64,000 nt of DNA from Callorhinchus milii. Its lineage: Eukaryota. Position 1 is the first letter of the stretch. Each line of letters begins with the position of its first letter. The notes below the pieces were generated by a model. The model made no database searches. It saw nothing but the letters and a program-made list of their open reading frames with translations, and had not been told where the DNA came from. Below are positions 36,166-49,414 of this stretch, piece after piece. Location: assembly GCF_018977255.1 (NCBI RefSeq), contig NW_024704743.1:98458001-98522000 (forward strand), read 5' to 3'. The position numbers were made by a program, and so were the translations under genes.

Positions 36166-39100
36166 ATCACATGTTCCAGCAGAGGTCCCTAGAAAACTAT
36201 CAGAAACAGGAACTCTGGCTTATATTACTTCTCTGTAGCCCAAGGCAGAGGTCCCTAGAATCCCCTCCCAATGTCCTGGCATAGATCAGTTAACTTGGGA
36301 TCAAACCTGTGACGTAAGTTTATATTCCTATTTCACAGATGGCAGTGGCTTTTAGCAAGAAGAGAAATGTTTTGTATTGCTTAAACCTACTTCGTTCACA
36401 TTTAATACACTACCTGCCCAAATTAGATCACAACAAGTGAATCATTTATATTTGTGATATTTTTGCAAATTAGTCATACGGTGGTAAACATTTTCCAAAT
36501 GTTTTTTNCAGAATTGTATCATCTTTTCCCAAAAGTAACTAAATAAGTGGAAGATGAATAGTAAATAGAAATATTAATTTCAAGTTATTCTGTTTTGTTA
36601 ATTTATGCAATGAAACTTAATCCCTTGTTTGGATTTTTATGTTTCAATTATTGAAGTAGTTCATATGTGTTAGTTTTATAAAGTCTTCATACTGTATGCA
36701 CAAGTCAGTCCTGTTGTCTCCTGCATTCAAATAAAAGCTATCAGAACAGACTGACAAGTCATTTGCGTACAACACTTAAGTGCAAAATCCCTTACAGATT
36801 GCTTGCAGCATGAATTTTATGTACTCATCTGATCTCCAATCCTAATCAGCAGCATCTGCAGCTGTCACAAGTGCAATGCTACTTTCATGGTTTTAGGAAT
36901 GAATGACAAATCTGAAGCAGATCTCTTTGGCTTTCTTCTGCTTGTAAACCATGGGTTTTAATTTAAACTTGCTAACTGGAAACATACATGATACTGACGG
37001 TTTATCTTGAAATTTGAGTTGTACATATGCTGTAAATTTAGACATTATGTTGAAGGATGATAATAATAATCTTTTCATTTAATATTGCATCTTTCACATT
37101 GGGAGGTCATCTCAAAGCATCTCACAGGATTTGCTGCAAAATGTACTGACTGTATTTTGTACGCAAACACTGAAGCCAATTTGCATACAGTAATGTCCCA
37201 CAAACAGCCATGCATGAAGACAAACAATTAACAATTCTTTATGTGCATCATTTTGAATTTCTATGTTTCTTTCATCAATACATGCTTAGTACTCTATATC
37301 TATAACGTTTTCTTTCTGCTGTTATTGAAAGATTAAAAACCATCAACATAAAAGAATACACCATCACCACTATGAATTATGAATACACCATTAAATTGGT
37401 TAATTTTATCTATTTTCCTGAATGTAAATTTTGTCAAATGTTTCCACAGACTTCAGCAGCTTTTTGGTTCCTCATCCAAGTGACTGTTCTTCACTTGTAA
37501 ATCAGTGAGCGAGTTTGGCAAGTTATTCAGCCATGGAGACATATCCCTTGCCTACAGACATGGAGGACAATTATAGTACCTGCACTGTTGCCCTGATTTT
37601 GAATCAGCTAATACAACAAACGCCAAGGATTGAACCTGAGACATTCCTGGGCTCAAAAGCTGCAGACCCATAGTGGGTGCATTTATCCTCTGAATCACTT
37701 AAGAACTCCAAACACCTGCACTGATAGTGAAACACCAAATCAGATATTTGGTATGATTTTATACATTACATAGAAGCAAAGGCATTTTCTGCATATGAAA
37801 AGGAACCATTTCTTCCATCATGTTTGTTACTGCTACCTTTTACCTATGAGGTTTACTCAGTCCTATTTTTTTTGAGCTCTATATATTCCTCCATATTTTT
37901 ATTGCTCAGGTGCTTATAGGCACTTGTGGTAATGAATTCCAATCCATTACAATCCTCTGAGTGAAGAAATTCCTTCCAACCTCTCCCCTGAAAAGTCTGC
38001 AATTAAATCTAACAGATAATGATTTTTTTTAAGCTCCATAATACCCAAACGTCTCACTATAATTCCTTATCTGTGAGATTTTGATAGTCTTTACAGAATA
38101 TCAAAAATATTATTTTGGTATGATTTTAATATAATTTTTCCAGAAGCCCTTGTTGTAAAGAATACATGTTACGTCTATTGAAGTAACACAGCTCAACATC
38201 AATGATACAAATGTGCTGTGGCCAACAGACAAATTAGATCAGGCAGTTGCTAATGATAGGAAGTCAAATTTGGTGTTACTGTTTTTCACACTTGGAGAGC
38301 ACAAAATATGCAAAAAAGAAATAGGAAGAACCACATTCAAGCTCTATGCCTAATGCAATCTTGAACGTTTTTTTTCCGAAGCGGACCATCAAAAGCATTT
38401 AAGCATTCAAATCCATATCTCTCCTGACAGAATTTGTACTGGAAGTCCACTCCCAGCAGGTGGTAAAGCTGCAGCTGTGAATAATGCCGCATTGGACTTG
38501 AAGAAATTCTATAACATTACGAGTTCCCAGCAAGGTAGAATTTGCCCCTATTTACATTGTGGGATGGATTCCAAAGCATCAGAATTAACATGCAGACAAC
38601 CATGAATGTGGAAGCGTGTACAAACAAAGTTGTTTGAAAGTTGCATACGCGATTACATTTCTAGCTTTTGGAACTTTTGTTGGATGCTCTTCGGGTAGGT
38701 CTTGACACCATTAGAGGCAGCAGCGTTGCCTCATTCATTTTACAGTGTGGAGTTCAAAGTTGGGGCTGCCAACAAAAACTCCAGCTGTAAAGGAAATAAA
38801 GCTTTAAGACACATTCTTCTACCACCAGAGTCAGCAGTATACTGTCAGGAAAACAAAAGGTCTGCTTCTTGTATTTAAACTCTTTTGCTTGGCTCTGTGC
38901 CACCTTGACCTCAGCAAAATGAACACAAAATAAATGTATTACATTTTAAGGTACATCTTTTAAGGTTACAGATTATCCCAGACCTTCAAGGATTCTAATG
39001 AAATCATAAATTTGCTAAGTGGTTTATCAATACAAATTAGCCTAAGGTAAACTATTATAAGATATACCTTAAAATGGAGTTTTCTAACACATATTGTCAC

Positions 39101-40248
39101 TTTTTTTTCATTTTGCTGAAGTCACAGTGGTTCACAACCAATATGAAGAGTTTAAATACAAGAGATTTGAATGAAAGAGTGAAGGAAAATCAATGACCTT
39201 TACTTAGTCATGGAGCAACCAGTTTAGTTTGCACAATATGTTACCACAGTATTCTCTCACTGTACTGCGGTAGCATATTGTGCAATTCTTACAGGTTACA
39301 AAGCACCTTTATTTTACAGTTGCTGCTGAGTTATTCAGTGTTTAATTCTTAATTAGCTTAGTTTCACACCAATAACAATCTTTATACAAAAGCAACTTGA
39401 ATGCGACTAAAAATTCTAACTGTTAACCACAACATTTTTCAGATGTTGCAATGTGTAAATAACAAGAATACCTAAAAATAAAAGTGATTTGACTTGTGAA
39501 TGTTGATCAACATTTTTTGCTCTGGAGTGCTGAAACATGGACTTTTAGGCCCAGAATAAGTCACAGTATTGAGTTCATTTAAAATCATCTCACAAGCAAC
39601 TTGTTGCAGCTCATGCCCATTCTGCATAGCTGTATTACACCACCACCTAGCATCTTCTCGGGGCCAAGCACGGAAGTGGGAATAATGCCGAGAGTTCCCA
39701 GCTGTAGATCATGTTCTTATGATTTTTTAATACCAAAAATGTAAGATTAGTTTTGGAGAGGAATGCTGAAAAAAGATACAGTTCAGTAGCTTAAATGTAC
39801 CACCTGATGTAGCACGAAATCACACCGACGGGGAAGGTCCAAGGTTCAATCCTATTTATACTGAATTAAATGCCCTTAGTTATGATTCGGAAGGAGAAAT
39901 GTCCCACTGATTTAATGTGTTCATATCCTCCTAATCCTATACTTGGATGTAGGTTAGGTCTGGATAGAATCAGAGTTCTAATGGCTTCCAAAATGAAGGA
40001 GGCATGAGAACTGAGCCTATTCACACATAGTCCCACTGAAATCAGAAACGTAGCATGTGGCGAATCCCAGGCACGAACCCATGTTTTACTGTATAAATAA
40101 GAGATCTCAATGACAAAACGACCATCTTATCTGCATTGATGATCACTTCTGCAAATATCAGTTTGACTAATCGATATACTGTTGCCAATAACAGGCTCTG
40201 AATGCAATAGAAACATTTGATATAAAAAGGCGCAAAAGCCCTTTCAAT

Positions 40249-40582
40249 TATAGAATCATAGGCCATTTGGCTCATCTTGCCTGTGCCGGCTCTTTAAAAA
40301 GAGCTATCCAATTCAATCCCACTGTCCTGCTCTGTCCCCATAGCCCTGTAAACTTGCCCTCCCCAAATAATTATCTACTTCTCTCTTAAAAGTTGCTATC
40401 GAATCGTCTTCCACTACTCATTCAGGCAATGCATTCCAGATCCGAACAACTCGTTGTGTGAAAAGATTTCTCCTCACCTCCCCTGTTTCGTTTTAACAGC
40501 TATTTTAAATCGGTGTCCTTGAATTCCCGACCCACCTGCGAGTGGAAATAGTAGAATAATCCTAACTTCTCTAGCCTCTCCT
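40249..40582 (-). mobile_element. CR1 3' end
   Basis: TATAGAATCATAGGCCATTTGGC... aligns as the reverse complement of 52600-52890. Confidence 0.88.
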
Positions 40583-41269
40583 AGAGTATCAGTCCAACAC
40601 AGAACCATAAGCCCATAAATTATATTATCTTGAATATACCAAAACAGAATAAGTAAAATAATTCCAAGCATTCAGCAGTACAAGTCACTGAACTCAGCAT
40701 GCAAAAAAACTTCACATTTACCAATTAACCATGACCTGATACTCCGCTGAAACATCATACATCTAATACAGTAAATTATGTCCCTACAGATTGACATCTA
40801 TCTACTTCTATTTAAATTTATAACTGTACAATACTTTGTTTAATGTAATGCTTAATTTAATTGTCCTGTTTGACCCAGACTAGGGCAGATGGATAAAAGT
40901 TTTGATATTAATGTTATCAAATACAAATCTCTTCAAATAAGAATGTAGAAATTCTTGCTGGGAAATACCCTGTGTGGTTGAAATATTTTATAATTTAAAG
41001 CTGAGATCTTGTCTTAGTTGACCTTTTTATAATTGTTGCTGAAGTGCACTCAATCCCATCAATGATTCTTTCTGAATAAAATACTAATTTATATGAATCA
41101 GAAAGTTCAGCAGATATACATCAGCAATACATTATCTTGTGAGATACTGTAAATCCCTGGATCAAATTCAGTGCTTTATCCACTTTCATTTATAATATTA
41201 ACATAGATATTGTTCTGTTCATAACTGGTAACTATTATCAGATACACATTATACACAACGTATAACAGC

Positions 41270-41625
41270 ACCACAATCATTTACATTCATAGAGTGCCTT
41301 TCACTTTCGGAAGAGGTTTCAAAGTGTCCCCCCGTCGCTTACTGAGAGCCTGAGCTTGGGGAGTGTAGAGGTGGCTGAAGGTAATCAGAAAGGTATATAG
41401 GGTTTAGGGCAGGTTTTCAAGGTGGGGAGGAAGAGGGTAAGGTGGAAGGACTCCGAGATAGAGTTTCAGAAAGCAGGGGCAGAGTGGTTAAAAGTTCTCC
41501 CATCGATAGTGAAGTGGATCTGGTAGGATACATAAAGCAGGCTGGTGTTTGCTGAGCAGATGGAGCCATCAGGGCAGGAGTATCGCAGGAATTTGGAGGT
41601 GGGGCAAGGTTATGGAAGGACTCAA
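41270..41625 (-). mobile_element. Old L2 3' fragment
   Basis: Tail ATTTACATTCATAGAGTGCCTTTCAC and ESFHNLAP-like coding remnant. Confidence 0.7.
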
Positions 41626-44600
41626 TTACCAATTGCACTCTTCCAGTTAGTACTTCAAATTGTATCAGCGATGTTACACCGTTTACCATTCTGAGTTCTT
41701 GCCAACTCAAACAACAATTCAACTTATGCTATTAGTTTCATTAATGAAAGTTAGAAATTTACCAAAGCACAAATAGAAATGTTATAATTTTGTTTTGCAA
41801 ACAAAATATACAATCAATTCACTTTACAGTATATTCTGTGAAGGGCTTTGAGACATCTAGAAGATGTGATAAAGGCATGATATCAAATTGTAAGGATTAT
41901 TATTATTAATAGAAATGTAAACCATATTATTTTTGCTCTTTTTAAAATCTTTACCAGACAGAAATTCATTTTCCTTTGCATGCCACGAGGGTTCTTTTTT
42001 TTCCTCATACAAATAAAAATCATTACAATACTATTCAAATTAACACCAACTTGGAATGGTCAATTTCAACAGTTCATACAAAAAGATCACTGGTCCGCCC
42101 CCATCAAGTTTACCTCAGTTTATGGATTATTCTTCCATACACCTACCATCTGCTTTTAGCCTCTAATTCTCCATTTCTCAAAATACTTTGCAGGATTTTC
42201 TCCACCTAGACATGCGATAGATACTTCCCTACACCCTCATTCAGCATCTTTCTACTTGATGGATCCACAGACTAATCTCCTGATATAATTGCAGTCTCAT
42301 TCACCAGTTCCTACAGTAGGCCATTTTTAAAGGTTTTCTTCAACCACTCCACAATCATCTAAGTGAACTCCGTGTACAACAATGTGTGTTATTTGGCATT
42401 TAATGATGGTAATATTTGTGCACCATTAGGCCAAATGTTGAACTCATTCATATTCCTTTGAATAGCATCTACCAATATTACAAATTTTACTAGTCTATAA
42501 TTTTACTTTGTCAACATACTTGCTGTTCTTTTTCTGATTACCTTATCTATAACATTTACAAAAATGCAAAATCGAGTTGAAGGAACAAGTCCTTGTGGGA
42601 CTGCATCAGCCACTCTGTACGACTTCAAATATTACCCTTTTCATTTATCTATGAATTGATCCATCTTACTGCTTCTCTTCTCATTCCACAAATCGCCAAC
42701 GCCCAGCTCCAGCTACTTTCAGTATTGCAATTCCTAAATCTGCTAATTTGATTTTATCTTCTATAGGTTGCACATCATTTCATTGCTCAGTATTACATCA
42801 AGCAAAGTTACAAATTCTCAAAAGAAGCAGCTTTTTAATGGCATTTCCCAAAATACCCCCCACCACAAACTGGAAACAAGTTGCACTCTAACACAATACT
42901 TATTTTCACTAGATTTCAGCTGTTAACATTATGCAAGTTATTCTGGAGTTCAGAAAGCTGCATCATAATCCTTCATTATTATGTTAATACTGTAGTTTGG
43001 CAAAGAATGTACTGTTGTATGTTTGTCAGAGATTAGACTATGAGTAATTCAAGCCATCAAAAGCACAACACAAATCAGAGCCATTTGGTAAATCAAAATT
43101 ACATCCCATACATTGTATCAGCATCCACTTCATCTGACCTGGTTCTTCCTCATCAAATGTGAAACAAAAAAAAGCCCCTTTTTTGTTTCAATGTGGCATT
43201 CTTGATATTTGTTCATCCCGGATATTGAACCCGTTTCTTCATACTTCTCTACCCACAGACAGAGGATTGACATGATTCCATACGTAATCCAATTAAACTC
43301 TGAACCAACTGGATAGTTTGTTCTCAAAAGCCAAATACCAATTGCACATTTGACTTCACCTGAAAGGTTCCCTTTCAAGTGAACACGCTTTTAAATTATA
43401 AATCATTACCAGCTGAGGACAAAAGGTACACAAACCAATAAAATCTTCAAAAACATTTGGATATTAAAACCATGGAACATTTCTAGATTCCTTAACCAGA
43501 TTGGCTGGTCTCAGCTTTGCAGATCAGGATTGCTTTTACTCACCCCACTGCAGAGGAGCTAACTGCAAGTGTTCCTGCACCAGTTGATTGAGAACTCCTT
43601 CCACACTGGCTTCTCCTCCACGGTTGAGAGATGGGTACATAGCAGTTAAGAAAATTCAGTGTTGAACAAATAGCTTAAATTGCAACTTAACAGTGTTTGG
43701 AATAAGATGTCAGCAGTTGTTAACCTTTCTTCAAATTTGCTGTTGCAGTGTATAACTACCATTGATGTTGCTGAATTGATTTTGCTCCATTTTTGTATTC
43801 AATAACCAGTACATAAAATGTTTCAGTAACAAATCAAATTAAGTAGCTACATAATATTTTCATAATATTTGCTCAAATATTCAGCTGTTTCAGTAGTATA
43901 GTATGCATGTTGGTGTTCCTATTCCAGCATGATAGACTCAAGAGTAGCTTGGCATGAGTACTCATACAGGATTACGATTTCCCAATCTCAAATGCGTCAT
44001 CAAAGGAATTCTCCACAGGGAGGAAGGGACAATCAAGAGTCATAAAGGCAACTCATCACAAGATTACTATGGATGAAGAAAGCCTTTTGGTCCAATTTGA
44101 TCTCATCCTTCCAGAATTCTGACCCTATCATCTTCCCATTGCAGAATCAAATCATTTTGAAATGAACTCCAACACCCTTCATTTTAAAAAATATTAAATG
44201 CATAAAAAAACATTTGCTATATGACAATAACTGGCAGAGATTCACGCACTAGTTCTCTCACTAGGTCATGATTAAAAAAAGGAAGGAAAAATAAATCTGG
44301 AAGAAATAATTTGGTGTGCTCTGATCCTTTCTTGTTAATAATGCTCAATGCCTTATTTTTTTTTAATCATAGTTCCAGAAAACATATATATGATTCCATT
44401 CAATTCTAAAATGAAAACTATAATCAAACAAATGTGTACCAGTTCTCTGCTTTCACATATCTATGTTGAAATGTAGTACTGCTTTAGAGTATTATTCGCA
44501 TTCACTCATTGTATTTAGGAAGTCAATTTACAATTGAATAGAAAATACCAATAAACAAGTTGCAGATTGTATTACTTACTAATGGATCATTACTGTCTAA

Positions 44601-44954
44601 TCCAATCTAAAATCAAGTTAATGTTCAAGTCTGCAATGCTCTATATTTGTACATTCTAATTTGTTTGCAACACTTTAAATGTACACAATTGCCTTATTGC
44701 TTGCTCTTTGAGCTTCAATTCCCACTAAAAAATACTACAGTAGTTTCCCCACTACTCAGTGAATAAGTAGACTGCCCAGTCAAACTAGACCAAGCAGACC
44801 AGGAAGCTCCCACATCTTATCTGCCATCTCTTCTGAATCACCCAATTCTCAGTTGAGTAGCAGATAGCACCTGAGCTGCGATCGGAGCATCCAAAACTTT
44901 TAAGAACAGTAATTCTTGCATTTGATATAGTGCTTCACACATTGGGAGGGAGTC

Positions 44955-45193
44955 TCAAGATTGACTTCATGGTCCTCACTATCATCTCCAAATCCTTTCA
45001 GGTTCTGGACCTGCCTATCTCCTCATTCCCCACTCCCTATCTCCTCATTCCTCTCAGCTACCTCAGGCTTGCATCAGTGGTCAAGCCTTCAGCTACTACA
45101 CTCTTACCCTATGGAACTCTATGTGGTCCGAGCTCTTCAGTGTGAAGTGCTTAGAGACATGTGAAGAACGCTACATAAATGCAAGTTGTTGTT
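44955..45193 (+). mobile_element. Internally deleted L2 3' fragment
   Basis: KIDFMVLTI..KSF followed by AAATGCAAGTTGTTG. Confidence 0.65.
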
Positions 45194-45791
45194 TTTCCCG
45201 TTGTTTGAAGATAGGATATTCAAAACTGCACATAATATTCCAAATGTGGCCCCACCAATGATTTATCTAAGGTTAGAATAATTTCTTTTGACTTTGACAA
45301 CTGCAACCTAACACAGGGTTTATTACCTTTGTTGACAGCAGCTTCACATCATCTGGAAACCTTCACTGAATGATCAATAACCAGATTTAAATCCTTTTCC
45401 TTCTCTCCTGTTAATTGACACCCTTTCACTCTGTACACAATTTACAGTTTTTTGTTCAAAAACACATTACCTTGCATTTATCTACATTAAAATCCAACAT
45501 GCTATGCTTGGCTTATCTGCTTAATTGATTCAGAATTCCATAAATGCTAGTTAGTACTTATTATGCAGAGATACATTGTGGAGTGTTTCTCCTGCTTTAT
45601 ATTTTCTTCCTAAACTAAATTTACCCCCAAATATCAAATGAATTGGCTGCTCATCTCATTGTCATTTATGAGCTGTTGCTGCTGTAATTTAAATGCTGTT
45701 TGTCATTATAACATTAACTTCCTTTCTAATCAATTATATATTTTCTAAAGTTGTGTGAAAACAACGATATAAATACAACTTATTCTTATTC

Positions 45792-46330
45792 ATATCTTCT
45801 CGATCTCTCTGCCACATTTGACACTGTCATCACTTTATCCTCCCGCGTCTTTCCTCTCTACTCTATCTTGATGGGCCTGTCCTATCATCGCTTTTACCCA
45901 TTGGAGCATCTCTGGTTTGTCTGTTTAAAAGGCTTCTTCTGCTTTGCCTCCCACCCACCCCCCCAGTCACATGGAGCAATCATCAATGCTCTATTCTGGG
46001 TCCTATCCTTTTTATTATATATAAGCTCCCTCTCGACAACATAATCCGCAGACATGGGGTTCACTTTCACATTTATGCAGGTGAAACCCAACTCTACCTG
46101 TCTGCCTGTCTGTTCTCATCCACTCTAGGCTGTTCTGGCTGATTACTGTTAGACATCAAGTACTGGATGAGCTCTGATTTTCTTCAACTTAATATTGATA
46201 AGACAGAGGCCATTAACACCTTCTCACTACAAACACTGACAACATCAACCTGCATTGATACACATTCCCCCTCACTGAACTGGTAAGGAACCTCAGTGGC
46301 TGACTCCCAAAATTCTTTCAAGCCCCACAT
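45792..46330 (+). mobile_element. Old L2 RT fragment
   Basis: LLDLSATFDTV and GTTCACTTTCACATTTATGCAGGTGAAACCCAACTC (FHxYADDTQL remnant). Confidence 0.75.
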
Positions 46331-46344
46331 CTGTCGAGCTTCTC

Positions 46345-46570
46345 ACGGTCTCCTGGCCAACAATGCCCAAATAAAATTGTTCATTCACTTCATGGCTATT
46401 TGTGGGACATTGCACAAATGTTTGCCCCCCAAAACACACCGTTCCAACCAATTTAATTTTATTCGCCCACAAAATGCACCTTCACTCCACTTTATAGTAT
46501 AACCTGTGAAGCGTTTTGGGACTTCCTTCCCACATGAGTCGCTGTACCAAATATAAGGATTATTATTAAT
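46345..46570 (+). mobile_element. DeuSINE 3' part
   Basis: CCTGGCCAACAAT...GGCTATTTGTGGGACATTG...GTGAAGCGTTTTGGGAC...GGATTATTATT. Confidence 0.7.
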
Positions 46571-48165
46571 AGTAGTTGTAACACACCAATTTAATAAAAA
46601 ACAAGAAATTTTATCAACTTCCATCTCCACTTCCAATTCATTTACATACACTAAGAAACAAAAGAGTGCTTAGCGTTTACTCTGGAGACATCCCACTACT
46701 CCCCTCCTTCTAATGAACACTGTTTCCTTTGAATCGACTAATTAACCAATATCCTGAAAACAAGCATCTAAAAAGATGGTGTGCTAAATGGAACTAAAAT
46801 TTGTCTTTACAAAGTTTTAACACTTCACAGCATGACCAAAGAACACAGCTTTGTGAATAACAACCATTAGGTTTGTTAACTAACCACATGATCAGCATTA
46901 GAAGCAATAACTGTCACTGAACTCTTGTTTGTGCATTGAAGTAATATGTTTGTTACCATGCTGCTTCAGTCTTGATTTAATTGGTTTTACTTATTACCAG
47001 CCAGCAGCAAAAAGGTTAAGGGAAATTAAACTACGAATAGATGAGGTAATTTCAGGTAATCAATTAATGTCACGCTTTGGCTCTGAGCAGCTTCAGATTA
47101 GACTATAAAATGGTTGGTAGATTATTCTCAGTAACATCACATTATTGCTGGGTTTCAGCTGTCACTAACCAACATCAAACAACAGCAAAGGGCACTCCAG
47201 AGGCAAAGAAAATGTTTATGACTAATGTTGCCTTTAGGCATTTTTCCATACAATTATCTTTCATCTAGAAAACAATTGTGTTAACTGCAGGTATCTGAAA
47301 GCAACCCTTTCCAATACAGTAGCTGAGTAGCACGTCATTAAATGCTGAGGGATTTTTTTTCCAATTTTGATAATGTAATTGCTTGTTAATGAGAGATTAT
47401 CTACTATTTTTATACTTACCTGCTGTTTTGCGACAATTAATAATTGAAGGTCCATTACCTCAAAGTGTTCTCATTGTGCCACAAAACACTGGATTATTCT
47501 AATACTAGCAGTAACAACAACAACAACTTGAGTTTCTATTCCGTGAAGTCTGCTTTAGGTACTTCCCAACAACTTCCCACAATCGGTTAGAAATTCTGCA
47601 CATCATCTTGAGTAGAGCACACAATCATGGCATAAGAGAGAAAAAAAAAAGCCCTTGAGAAAACAAAGAAAAATGATCTGATCAAATAACCAATCTCTAA
47701 AATCTTTTGAGAGTCATGGGGCTGATTTTGCTCCATGATCAAGTAAGTTAGTCCTCCAGCAAACACTGTACTTGCAGTGGGCAGATGCAGCAAATGGCGT
47801 TTGCCACTTGGCTGTGCAATTAGCATGGGAACTGCAGTATTTTGTCTTCCTTACATCTTATGCTGATCTCATACAAAACCATCTCATACGTACAAGGAAT
47901 ACATCAATACCTACATAGGAGAGTATACCTAAAAACACACCAATTGTTATAATGGCTATCTCACTGAAATTCAGTTATGTTATTTTGAAGAAAATAAAGT
48001 ATTTTGCATTACACACATTTATAGACTCCACCTTTGGAAGTCAAACAGCCACAGAAGTGATGTTTTAAATTTTCTGAGTCACAGGGTGACTTGAACAAAT
48101 TTTTACCTTTTGATTCTATTCTGTGAAGTGTGCTTTAAGTACTTCCCAACTAGTTCCTGCAATCA

Positions 48166-49414
48166 AGCTCAGCGATTAGAGCACTCGCCTCACAAATGAG
48201 AGACCTGGGTTCGATTTGCTGCAGGTCGAAACGTTGGGCAAGTTCTCTTATTCCACCTACCTCTGTTTACTGGACGAGAGACAACTTTCTTCAGCTCAAC
48301 GTGCGTAAAACTGAGGCCCTCCTGATTGGCTCACGTCAGCGCCTCCGCACCTCTGCGCTGACAGCATCAGCATCCAAGGCTGCACTCACCACCTCTCAAA
48401 GCCAGTCAGGAACCTCGGGGTTCTGTTCGACCCTGAGCTGTCCTTTCTCCCTCATATCCGCGCCACAACTGGCACCGCCTTCCATCACCTCCGGAACATC
48501 GCCAGACTACGGCACTACCTCACCCCTCACTCTGCTGAAACTCTGGTCCACGCCTTTATCACCTCAAGGCTGGACTATGGGAACTCTCTCCTCGCCGGCC
48601 TTCCCGGCACCTCCCTCCACAAGCTGCAGGTCATTCAGAACTCTGCAGCTCGTGTACTGTCCCGCACCAGGCTTCGCGACCACATCACTCCCACCCTCGC
48701 TCGCCTCCACTGGCTCCCCATCCCCCAGAGGATCGAATTCAAGATCCTCATCCTCACCTACAAGGCCATTCACGGCCTTGCTCCCTCCTACCTCTCTGAC
48801 CTACTATCCCCTACTTACCTGCCCGTACCCTCCGTTCCTCTGGCTCCGGTCTGCTCCACATCCCCCGCCCCAACCGCCCTACCATCGGTGGCCGGGCCTT
48901 CAGCCTCTCAGCCCCGAGGCTCTGGAACTCCATCCCCCAGTGCCTTCGCCGCCTCCTCCCTTTCCTCCTTCAAGGCCGGTCTCAAAACCTTTCTCTTTGA
49001 CCGTGCCTTCAGCTCCCCTTTCGACTCTCTACCCACTCCTCGCTCCCTCCCTTCCCTCCCCTCACCCTGACCATTTCCCCCCTGCTCGGGTCCTGACCCA
49101 ACTGTACAGCGCCTTGGGACGTCCTCCCGACGTGAAAGGCGCTCTATAAATGGAATCTTGTTGTTGTTGTTTACCTTGCACTAAATAGGAACCCGGTTGT
49201 TAAGTCGATTGGCAGATCACTTTTTTGGGGGTAATATTTCCTTCAAAAAAATATTAAATTGGTCACTCAATTCACAACTGTTTGTGGGTCACTGCTGTGC
49301 GTAATTGGCTGTCATGTTTCGCACACAAAATAGTCATAAATATTTTACAGTATATTCTGTGAAGCACTTTGAGACGTGATATGGCGCTATATCAAGTGCA
49401 AGGATTATTATTAT
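48166..49414 (+). mobile_element. tRNA-derived SINE with CORE-like body, split by an L2 insertion
   Basis: A box AGCTCAGCGATT, B box GGTTCGATTTG, TTGGGCAAGTT...CCTCTGTTTAC; resumes at 49168, collinear with the intact copies at 57.3 and 63.6 kb. Confidence 0.85.
48271..49167 (+). mobile_element. Young L2 3' ~0.9 kb with 7-bp target-site duplication
   Basis: Highly similar to 10266-11220; TGTTTAC at 48264-48270 and 49168-49174. Confidence 0.95.

Noticed and set aside
35857..36508. Two single N bases after T runs
   Set aside because: Assembly ambiguity at homopolymers, not biology.
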